A stretch of DNA of 64,000 bases from Balanoglossus misakiensis. Its lineage: Eukaryota > Animalia > Hemichordata. The DNA lies in contig CM082579.2 in NCBI GenBank assembly GCA_040954595.2, positions 2,720,345 to 2,784,344 of the forward strand, in the 5' to 3' direction. Shown here piece by piece: positions 40,007 to 51,394 of the stretch. The position numbers were made by a program, and so were the translations under genes. The notes under the pieces were generated by a model. It searched no databases and was not told the DNA's origin. It saw nothing but the letters and a program-made list of their open reading frames with translations. Every line of letters starts with the position of its first letter. Positions within the stretch are counted from its first letter, which is position 1.

Positions 40007-42273
40007 TCACCTATCACTACAAAGATATGATAAAAACAGATTGGCTTCTTGCCGTATAACCTGCATTGGCATATGGATATTATTTGGTGCTGGATAAGAC
40101 AGATTCATATCCCAGACATCCAGGAATATTGCACCAATTCCATGGAATACTTTCTTCATGAGTTTGTTCATCTCATATAGGAAGAAATCATTGCTGTGAA
40201 TGTAAGATATAAATACTGCGTGATCACGTGGCTTACTGCCTTTAATGAAAACTGGACTGTTTGGACATCTTCGTTTGAACCTCACAAGAGACTCTCTGAG
40301 ATGCTGCAAACGTTCAATGTATCCCTCTCGGGTCCAAGACGTGTAGTGCGCGTAGGGTCCGACGAGGATGACGTAATTGCAAAGAGAGTCTTGTAAACTG
40401 TCAATCACGTCCACCTCGAAGCGGACTTCGTTGACAGGATACGGACTGCCGCCCACAGCCCACGGATGGTGTTGAAATGTGAACGATATATCGTAGGCGG
40501 AGTCTACGACACGACGGTAGGTTCTCGCTGCGTGGCGTTTTTGCAACAGTCCGCCCATGCCGACTAGTTCCACCACAACGTTGGAAAACTGCCTCGTCGT
40601 GGAGTCTCCGAGGAAGTACATGTCCCTGCCACGAAGACACTCCTTGACTCGAGACATCGGCGCCTTCTCCCACCTCTGTAATTTGCATATCAAGGAAGTC
40701 CACGTGTCGCCTGTCCAATAGCCGTGTACGATTGGTTGCTTCGACTCACCTGCGCATGTGGGTAAGTTGTCTTCGTTCTGGCTTTTCTTTGGATTTGCTA
40801 AATTTAAAAATATTACACAGATTAGGAAATCTATTGTATCTGTCTGTCTGTCTGTCTGTCTGTCTCTCATTGGTATTTGAACCTTTAACAATATCCCCAT
40901 ATTTAATAAAAATAACTTTGAATTAACAACACTTTCATTGTGTAATTTCTTCAATCATGAATGTAACGAATATATATTTGTTAACTCACCCTTAATCCGA
41001 ATGACATCTGGCCCATTGTGCAACTTTTGCATAAGATATTTACTGAAATGAAAAATAGAGTTAACGAAACAATACACGCGGGTGTCAAACTGATCCAGGA
41101 TATGTATTCTAAATTTGCACATATCCGTCAAGTTCTGAGAGTACATGAAAAATATACTTTTGGGGATACGATGCAGAATCTTCTTGTTTGTTTTCACGGA
41201 GGGATAATTTGACATGAAGTCTTCCACTGATGAAGGCGGCCCTACCGTACCTGTTAAAAAGATGCTCATATCCCCGCACCATGAGTTCTGCTTTCTCGTT
41301 TAACCGCGTGATATTTCCCTGCGTCATCGCTAGGTTTTCACATGCTTCTGAAGACACATCGCAGACAAACGCCGTCTTTCCCAGGGCGTTTTCATGTTCA
41401 TATATGCACTTATTGTTGGCGGAGGGCACTGGCAGTCGTTCAATCTGGCACCACTTGGCAGTGAACGTGTCATCGCCGTTGTCATAGATACCTTTCCAGG
41501 AGATGCGGTGCGGTTGTTGCCAGAATTCGTACAGCCACTGCATTGCTTGGCGCGTGTACACGAGTGTGATGTCAATGTAGGCCAGTCCTGACCATGCAGC
41601 ATAGAAATAAACCGTGTATGTCCCGTTCTTGTGGTCTCTCACGTGTCCCGCGGTGCTTGTTTTAGAGTCGGAATTGTGCATCACAGCAAACAAAAAGTCC
41701 CCACCTATTGAGCGTCTCTCACCCCGAGCGTCATGCGCAATAACTGTCACGACGATCACTTGACCCTCCTGGATACCACTTTCCTCCATCGCCAACTTTG
41801 TTGTGTTTGTGCTAGTGAAGTCAGCATCATCGGAATCACTTCCACCAGGAAGAAAAGTAACCGGTACTAAAGGATCCATTGGAGCGAAAAGGGCTCGTTC
41901 AGTTTCCCCAGGTGTCCTTGTTGAGGGCGCTGTTTCCAGATTAGGATTGGCCGACTTGGTCGACTTTCTCGAAGATATTTCTGATCGTACGTGATTCAGA
42001 TGCATAGTCAAACCAATCTCTCTGACCTGAAATTCAAGAACAACAATCTGGTAATGTACCGTCCACAAAATATTCTCATGGCTGTCTTTTCCACCGGACA
42101 ATTGCCAAGAAATAATGAGAGTGAGGCGTAGGTATTGATGTTGCAGTCAACTTCAGACCTACTCACGTGCGACAAGATTGGAATTTTATATATACATGTG
42201 AATGATGTGTACATACCAGCAATAAGATTCCAACAAAGACCAAAAGAAAGAGAATCTTCGCGTAAGTCTTCAT
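40007..42273 (-). CDS. NXPE family protein (putative SGNH-type O-acetyltransferase/esterase), paralog B
   Basis: Exons 42273-42217, 42026-41251, 41042-40990, 40797-40007 (1677 nt, 558 aa). Intron phases match paralog A. Signal anchor ILFLLVFVGILLL, motifs GGDFL, GHVRDHKNGTYTVYF, FLGDSTTRQ, FLDVWDM and NNIHMP. Confidence 0.92.
40839..40865. repeat. (TCTG)n microsatellite
   Basis: About 6.5 copies of TCTG in intron 3 of NXPE paralog B. Confidence 0.85.
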
Positions 42274-43620
42274 GTCATCTGGAAGGTTTGGTCGCCAGGT
42301 AGATTACTACAAATCGATCAAACACAATTGCGCAAGTCCATTATCATGACTGGTTCGGTTTAAGCGTCCAAGGCGGAGAATATCCGTGTCCTTTCCGTTT
42401 TATGATTATGAATTCCCATCACGTCTAGCGCCTAAAAGCAATTTATGGAGTATATTTAGGGTCCAGCATGAGCTCAAATGTGAGGTACGTTCAAATGTGC
42501 AATGTCGACGGACGACTGTAGGTCACTCTATGTTGTTCTTCCGTGTTATTTGTTAAATATTAACCACAGTCATGTAACAAGGTGACCTGGTGGTCTGGGA
42601 GAAACAAACAACTGGTTGAAACTGTCAACAGCAAGATCATTTCTCCCACATATGAAAGTCGTGTTTCGTTCAGGTTCTAGTGGTTCTGATCACGCTTCTC
42701 CAGAAGACGGCAGGGGGATTTTTTTTATTGAAACATGATCGCTCAACACGTGACTTGACTTGAATATAGTCACATGAACGTGGGTAAACATGTTTTTGTG
42801 AAAGCTAGAACCCACCCTGTACATTTTCCTTCTCTTAAAGCTCAGCGCACCTCACCCTTACAACTTTCGGTTGACAGCTAATAGGAAATCCCCTGCTTGT
42901 TCAATATTTTGTAACTAACGGTGACGCAATCAGAGAGCGATGGGGAGTGACCATTTTATTACACGTATAAAATCATGACTTTATTGTACATATAGAAACG
43001 GTTCTCCATTTGTCGTAACAAATATTTGGCCAAGAAATTTGATTTTACTTTATTGTCACAAATTTATCACACTTTTATTCCAGTGAAATGTACCATCGGG
43101 TCTGAATGACAGCACGTGCGTATTGAGGTGCGATTCGTCTCCAATGCTACCCGTCCTTGAATGGTTTGTTCCATGACCTTAAAAAATCCAAATGAGCTTG
43201 ATGGCGTTATACTACAGCGTGTGTTGCCTTGTTTGAAGCGTGACCAGAAGAACTGCCTCCTTTTCCTCGAGTAACAACTGCTCGTATTGCGTTGCTCTGT
43301 TCCGTAAGTATGTTCAAAACCTTCTTTGTCTTTCCAGAAATCAGCGAGATCGCCGAAATCAACATCGTGCAAGACGCACATTATATATGAACAGAGGCAT
43401 AGGTGAACTTCGGTCACTGGAGCGCGCACGCACGCACGCCGCGCGCGTCTAATCACATCTGATAAAGTGTACGAACGTGATAGTTTTTAACGTTAATTAT
43501 TTACCCATGGCAGATAGAGGAGACAATCGTTAGGTACATATTTTGTTTTGCAAGCCGGCCGGGGAATCTGCGGGAACAGCTATAATAGCAGTCGACCTTT
43601 TTAAGCGCCAGACGTTAAAA
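42274..43620. promoter_or_regulatory. Divergent promoter region between NXPE paralog B and OCA2, with E-box/M-box motifs and a CpG-rich patch
   Basis: The genes are head-to-head. CACGTGAC at 42747-42754, AGTCACATGA at 42768-42777, CpG-rich sequence at ~43230-43620. Candidate donors for non-coding first exons of OCA2 at 43304 (GTAAGT) and 43534 (AG|GTAC). Confidence 0.5.
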
Positions 43621-45623
43621 ACGTGGGGCCATGCACTGACATGATTTCGGCTGAGATGCAAGGTTAAAATCAGGTCAGTGGAACGAAGACCGAGAAAAAA
43701 ACTGGAGTAAAATCTGCATAATTTAATGCGATGGGTGTTTAAACTACTTTGATGTAATCAAGCGTTGTAATTAGAATATATGTATGATGTATTGTGGATT
43801 GCTATAATAGAAATTTGACTGCAAAGAGAGATCACAAATCGACTGGGTCAGTAAAACACGAATGCAAAGCGATACTATTCACAGACGGCCCTGACTACAT
43901 GCTTTTTATTAAGGTCACCATGGCTCATGTATGTTCAAGGTCATCACAGGTCATGAGGGGATTGACAGCAGTTCGGCTCCTGTATTGCACGCAGTTGGAA
44001 ATTGCGCTTCATTGTTAGACTTTCAATAAGTAGCAGTTGTGGTGTTATAAGTATTAATGTGATGTACATTTCTCAGCAATCTACACACTTTCACCGTTTT
44101 CAGGTTTAAGATGTCCTTTATCTTGTAAAATATAAAATTCAATGAAAAGGATCTTAAAAAAAATACAAGGATGTTGTATAGCTTAAAATAGCTACTCATC
44201 ATTTCCTATGACGGTAACCCACTCAGGTCTTAGGTCATTTTCACTTTCAATATACCATGTGATGTTTGATCACCGTTCACCTATGTACAGACTGGCATGT
44301 GATTGCCATCATGTTATGATATTTAGAGAGAAATCAGCAGTCTTCACAGAATGAATCATTCATTCTGTAGGTCTGATTTCTTCAGGAATCAGTAGAAATA
44401 TCTCTGATATCAAATGGCATAGGACAGGATGGTTTGTGCAATGCCAGCTATGTCCTGTTTGCTTGCACCATGCTGTGGTAATATAGTCACAGATGTATCA
44501 TGGTATCAATAATCAAGTCCAATGATTCTTCAACTAAGATTCTATACACTCTTGAGCTGTTATATGTCCAAATGCAGATAGGAGACGAGAGACTCCTGAC
44601 CGATGTCCCCAGAGTGGCCTACTTTAAACATAGATGTTGTTAGTACAGGTCACAAAGGTGAGACCTTCCCAACCTGTCTTCTGTCGCAGACATCTCACAC
44701 AGATTTTATCAGCTAAATGGTAGCTATAAGACCTCTAATTATACTGGCACTCCCTCTTGCATAATTTATCACAAAAATTGACTACCCAAGCCCAAAAGAA
44801 AGCAAAAAATCACTACTTTAGATTGGACAGATCTGAAAAACCTGTTGTCAGAAGTTGACCTTGCAGAGAGCCACCTTAAGTCACATCATTATAATGTGGT
44901 GACCTACAATCCCTGAAAAGCATTTTGTATTTATTGACAAAGTTACAAAGACTGGTAGCCTTGGCTCTCCATTGGTAACCATGCCAACAGCTCTGAATAC
45001 ACGTTTGTCTGTAAATAAAAGACATACATAATTTTAATCTTGTAGACATGAGTGCATTTTAGGGGATTATTTGTCTACACATGTCAGTATCTGATGACCT
45101 GGATGGACAGATAATGCCAATAAAACTATTGCTATCATATAGCTGTACAGATTACTCAGAAATGATGATCCTGAGGTCAAGGGTCGCCGGTGGTCCAGAC
45201 TGCAGTAAATGAGGTGCACACAGTGACCTGAAATCATCAGTTGGGAGAACTTTAGACTGATGAGAAAGATGGACTTTAATCTTGATGTGAATGAAATTTA
45301 TCGGCCTTGAAGAGTGTTCAAACTATCACGTACATAAAGACGTCACAGGCGATAATTTGTTGTCTGTCTCTTGTGGTTCGGTTGTTTGCTTGGACATCCA
45401 GTATTTGATGTTGGTATATAGGTGTTAATCAATCTTTTAAGGTGATTTGTTATTTTCAAAAACAAGCAGGCATGGTTGGCTTAGACTTGTTGTTTACAAC
45501 AACCTCCCTGGTTATTAATTAGTAACTGTAAATTTGTTGTCATTGTAGGTGACTACACTTCACAAGGAGGCTTTCTGAACTACTGCACCGGTACACAAAG
45601 CAAGACGGTGCCAGAGTGACCAC

Positions 45624-48600
45624 ATGGATGAGAAAAGGTCGAGCATCGACATGGACTACGCGAAAACGGAAATCCCACCGCACGAAGATGTTAGTCTCAT
45701 GGACACCACTCCCTTGCTGCAGGGTTATGGAACGATGCAAGGGAGCACCTCAGGGTAAGCCAGTGAATGAGTCTGTACTTTGTTGTTTTCTTCGGAGACT
45801 TTTTGAAATGTTTCACTCATAGTTTGCAGACCAAATTAATGTGGTGCCCATGTTGTCTTTCACAGCAAAGGCTTGGACAACGGAGAGGTCCATGTATTTG
45901 AAGTGACAGACTCAGAAAAATCCAAGCAGAAGAAAAAATGTACAGTCTCCAAGCAGACCAAGTAAGTACTGAGAAATTCAGATTTTTGTCTCAAAGCAAG
46001 TTTATTGAGAAAATGTTGACACCATCCTAACAGTGCTGTCATAAAATTGTCATTTTGCATTTGCTTCAGTGGACAACCTGTTATATTGACATGCCTTTGT
46101 TGTGTTATTACTTTTCAGACAACTTCTGAACAACATCAAAATAGCAATTATATTCACCCTGACAGTTCTGTGTTCTGTAAGTATTACCGTCAGTGACAGT
46201 TAAACATCAGATACTGGTTTCCTTGTAAGATAAGTCAATTGCATATTATGATGAGATCTTAATTTTTTTTTTGTATATTTGACATGTTTTTTGTTTTGTT
46301 TTTCTCTCTGATATTTGTAGGTAATCATGGCCATAAACAGTGAGAAGAGTGAAGGTGGCTTTGCTATAACAGTTTCTGAAACTGATCCTCAATGTATCCT
46401 TACAAATAAGTCACAATTGATAACTGGACACCTGCGTATAGTGAACACTTTTTTCTGAGTTCTCCACTGATCAACTTATTCAAAAAACTTCAATGAAGCG
46501 TGACCTCTGCAAATAGATAATTTTTGGAACTCAACGAGTCCGTGCAAAATCTTGTGTGGTTGTTCAGTTTAAATCACCCCCATCTCCCCGCCTTTTGGTA
46601 AGCTCCCAACATTGAATACAATCGGACCAGACCAAAAAAACAAGGAGGTGAGGAAGTCAACCACTTATTTTCCTGAACCGCAGATCAGATCTGAATTTGT
46701 CGGACAATCACATGGACCACTCATCTGAATACGTCCAGATCACTGTCACTGGTGCGTTTGATGATCCAAAGAGAGAGACTTCTCCCTACAATGTGACGAT
46801 AACGGTGCAGAGAAGAGGTCACCCGCTGGAGGTCGTTGAGGAGTGGGTTCTGCCTATCGCCAAAGATATCGTCCTTGAGGGGGATGAGCCCCAAAAATTC
46901 AAGAGGATTTTTCCTCTGGACCGAGAAACGTAGGTTGATTGCTGATATGAAGCATGTGTGAGTGTGCATGCTTGTGTGTATGTGAGTCTAACCATCAGAA
47001 CTCAAGTTGTCTTCCTTCACAAATCTTGAAAGGGGACAGCTTTGAAACTTAGTTTGATGAGAAACAGATTGGTTTCATTTAGAAATGATATAAGATTTAT
47101 TTAATTAACTTTTCATTTTTTTTTTTCAGCCATCTTGATGAGTACGTGTTGATAATCACATCCAATACAGAACCCAATGTGGGTATGTTTGTGGGATATG
47201 TCGGTCTTCCAGATGCTGTGTCGGGGTCCGTCATCTATGCGGCCATTATCTTGGTTGCTGTCTACGTTCTCATTTCTTTTGATGTGAGTATTCTTAGTTA
47301 CCATGGCAATGAAATGCCATGCTCTCGAGTCAAGGAATTACTTTATTGGCAGAAGACAGTGTCAAATCTGAATGTTCAATCCCTAGTAATGTCCACTCTC
47401 TTAACAGTTTGTGCATCGTACACTTGCCGCCATGATCGGCTCCATGGCAGCCCTAGCAACGCTTGCAGCATTGAATCAGCGGCCATCTTTGGAATACATC
47501 ATGGAGTGGATTGACCACGAAACATTGGCTTTGCTGTGGGGAATGGTGAGTTTCAGTTGATGATGAGAAAAAAACTAGCGTAATTTGGATACTGAATTAA
47601 GTAGACACAGAGAGCAGTATATAGATGGATGGGTGGGTGTGTATGGTTCAACTATCCAGTAGAACATTCTGAAAAAGGACCTGTGTATCTTTTGTGTTGC
47701 TAGATGACAATGGTAGCCATCTTTGCTGATACTGGAATATTTGACTGGTCTGCTTTGATGTCTTATAAGCTAGCCAAGGGCCGCATTTGGCCTCTGATTA
47801 CAATTCTGTGCGTATTCACTGGTACCGTGTCGGCATTCCTCGATAATGTCACAACAATTCTGTTGATGACGCCTGTCACCATTAGGTAGGTTTATTATTA
47901 TATTTCTCTCTCCCTCCTCTTTTCGAAACTGTCTCCTCACTTTCTGTCATAGCTATAAAACTGTTGTACTGTGTTTTCATAAAAATATAAAACCGTTATC
48001 ATCAAGAAGCTTCCATGTTGGATACTGATCTTGTGATGTTACTCTCCTCTAGGTTATGTGAAGTGCTCAATCTTGACCCGAAGTTGATCTTGATCGCCTT
48101 GGTCTTGTTTTCGAACGTCGGCGGCACGGCCACTGCGGTTGGAGATCCACCAAATGTCATCATTGTGTCTAACAAAGAGATTCAAGAAGCTGTAAGTAGT
48201 CTGACAAGGTTTAAGTTTTCTCCTAGTGTCGATGTCCACAAGCATAACTTTGGGCTGTGTCACTAATCTCTTCGTCTGCTCATCCTTTCAGATATTTTCT
48301 AACATCCGTCATCACTTTTAAACTTTCAGGGCATAGACTTTGCAGAGTTCACCCTACACATGTTCATTGGTGTCATTTTCTGCATGTTTGCCGGTTACGG
48401 ATTGCTTCGACTCATGTACAGAGGAATGCCATTCATGAACCAAGAACCACAGGATATCGTAGGTGAGTACAACATAATGCTTTGTGACATAATTTTTGGT
48501 ATGTGTCATAAAATCCTGTGAGTAATTAATGTGTTTGAAAACAAATTAATGTCATATTTACATGCAGATTTCACAAATAATTTAGCAGTTGACGCACGTC

Positions 48601-51394
48601 AAGATCACATGGTGAAAAAAGGGCAGCCTCACACAGGTGCCCTCATACACACTAAGTTCTGCTAACTTTTCACGTCTTGTTTTGCAGATTTGACCCATGA
48701 AATAGAAATATGGAAGAGAGCTGCTGCTAGAATTGTACCCACCACAAAAGAAGAAAATACTGTCAAAGCGATGTTGCTAGACAAAGTGGTGACTTTGGAA
48801 CATGAACTTAGTATCAAAATCAATGAGAAAAAGAAGTATGAACCACTTTTGTTCATTTATTTTGTGGAATTTCTGTGACTACAGTAAAGCTTGCCTGATT
48901 CGTACAACAGATAATGAATTGATAGCCAAATGTGAGACTAATACTAAATAACTCCAACCAGAGCATTTACTGGTGACTTTCTACCCACTTTGCAGCCAGT
49001 CACATACATGCTGAGCTCAGGCAGACATTTAGTTTGATTCAGTGGCCGCCAGCCATGGCTGATTTTAATGAAATCAATATTTTCTGACTTCACAGACGGA
49101 AGACTGAAGTGGATCCCAATTGGGAAGAAACTCTAGCAGAATTATCAACAAAGGTAAATGCAACCTTTAATTGTGAATGCATCTCTTCTGTACTTTATCT
49201 ATCTGTGTGTAACAGAGTGTTTTTGGCATATTTAAACCATCCAACCCATGTTGATAAAACTAATGAATTGGGATATTTTTTTATTTATTTTTCAGTACAA
49301 AATAACAGATCATGTTTTGCTAATTAAGTCAAGCATAGTGCTGACTGTTACGGTTCTGCTGTTCTTCACATACAGTTTCCTTCCCATAGACATTAATATA
49401 GGTAAGTCACACAGAAAACTACAGAGGCCATTTGTGCTTATGTACCACACGTGATCTCACTTAACAACTGTCAGTGGAACATGGTGGTTATTTGATGTCT
49501 GGCTGGGTCACTGGGTGATTATTAAAAGAACTGTGTCATGTACCACACTGATATAAGCAACTTGCTGGTTAGAAGACTTATGCTAGATTATCTTATTAGA
49601 TTTTAAGACATATGTAGATTAACTCAGTGATTATTATCTTAATGTTTGATCTTAAAACATCTCGTGTTTATTTTTTAATTTGTGTACTAGGGTGGATTGC
49701 TGTAATTGGAGCTATCTGGATGTTAGTCATCGCCGATATACCTCATTTAGAAGGCATCTTTGAAAGAGTGGAGTGGGCAACCTTGCTCTTTTTCGCCGCT
49801 CTTTTCGTCTTGATGGAGGTACGTGATTCGGTCATGTGACTGTATATGATTGAAAGTGGTGAATTTGATATTCCAAGACTCAGAGAGTTAAAAAACTGGC
49901 TGTCATTTTCTAAATTGAGCAATTACCTTGATATTATTCATTCCAGGGTCTGCATTATCTTGGGCTTATTGAGTTTATTGGAGATGCTGTTGCTGATCTC
50001 ATAGCTGTAAGTTTGCGTAACACAGTAGTCAACAACCTTTCACTCTAATTGTCAGTGGAGTGTTCAGTATTATTAGAATTGAAAATTTCCACTGTGATTT
50101 CAGATGGAGGATTACGAGTGTTGACTAGAGCAGGACTTGATCTCCTACATGTGGCATTACCCTTCAGTGCCTGACTTACAATGCTATGATAGTAAAATTG
50201 TATACATGTACCTTACAGGGTGTGCCAAAGGAACATCAATTGACGGTTGCGATCATCACAGTGTTGTGGGTATCAGCTATTGCATCTTCTTTCATCGATA
50301 ACATCCCATTCACTACGGCCATGGTAAGTACAGTGCACATGGAACCCTCAGACAATATTGTCATCGAGGGTCAGTGCAGTTGTCACCATAGTATGAATAG
50401 CCACATAAGGACCAACGTGGCCAGTTTTGTGGGGGTTGGGTGTTGCTATTAGGGATGTGGTGGGCATAACCACTCAGGGGTGCACACAGAGATGAATGTC
50501 CTGAAGTGCATGTGATGTTAGAAACCATGTTTGTTGTTAGAGAGTGATTACCAGAATGCTTTCAACTGCACTGAGGTGTTCAAAGCATAAACTAGTCCCC
50601 CAGTGCTGTACATGTACTTCATACGAGAATCAAGGGCATTTTTCCCTGAGCAAAAGTTTAGACAGTGTAGTTTAGACAAGTCGGGGCACTTCACAATTGG
50701 TAGTCATGAGGAACTGACATACGTATGTAGGCAACTGATTTCATGAGAACGATGCAGTAATATAATTTCATACGGGGAAAACTGTTGTTGTGGGTGATTC
50801 ACTGCACGACTGCAGTAATGATATGCCATCTTTTGTTGTCTGCGACAGATTCCGATCGTCATCAACGTGAGCGTTAGCAACGATTTGCCACTGAAGCCGC
50901 TGGTGTGGTCACTGGCCTATGGCGCTTGTTTGGGTGGCAATGGTACGCTCATTGGTGCCTCTGCCAACGTGGTCTGTGCGGGTATCGCGGAACAGCATGG
51001 CTACACCATTACGTTCAACCAGTTCTTCAAGTAAGTTGTGGTCGCGGTACTTGATCTACAGCGGTATGGGGGATTTAAGAATCATTTCGAAGCTCTGCGG
51101 TCGTCAGGAAGTTTAAACAATTTCTCCCATTGGCCTCGATTCGAGTTCAAATCATGGTGGCTGCGTGATGACACTAGACTAGTCTTATAAAAAATGTGTC
51201 TTGGACAACTTTGTGTGTACTTGCGCTCATGTCTACCAGTTTATGTATTGAAAAAGATTTTCAAACGTCAAATAGGTAATAATCTCTTCTGTCTTTTGTC
51301 TTGCAGGGTCGGTTTTCCAATGATGTTGGTGACGACCTTCGTCGCCATGATTTACCTTCTCATATGCCACATAGCATTGGAATGGAATTACTGA
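45624..51394 (+). CDS. OCA2: P protein / OCA2 (pink-eyed dilution homolog; ArsB/NhaD-superfamily organellar anion channel/transporter)
   Basis: Exons 45624-45754, 45866-45961, 46119-46176, 46321-46393, 46689-46929, 47130-47283, 47408-47545, 47704-47885, 48053-48191, 48330-48462, 48688-48835, 49096-49153, 49296-49401, 49691-49818, 49947-50006, 50219-50323, 50849-51030, 51307-51394 (2220 nt, 739 aa). Diagnostic motifs: [102 protein letters not shown]. An in-frame stop lies upstream of the ATG at 45624. Confidence 0.95.
46394..46688 (+). other. U12-type (minor spliceosome) GT-AG intron in OCA2
   Basis: Donor GTATCCTT, branch site TTTTCCTGAAC at 46668-46678, no polypyrimidine tract. The acceptor AG at 46687-46688 restores frame (T|AT = Tyr). 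Confidence 0.85.

Noticed and set aside
40925-40954. Intronic stretch translating as LKKLHNESVV, resembling exon 3 (MQKLHNGPDV) of NXPE paralog B
   Set aside because: Nucleotide similarity is low and there are no flanking splice sites, so a duplicated alternative exon is not supported.
44414-44466. Imperfect hairpin GGCATAGGACAGGATGGT...GCCAGCTATGTCCTGTTTGC
   Set aside because: Only ~17 bp with bulges and G-U pairs, and no match to a miRNA I recognise.
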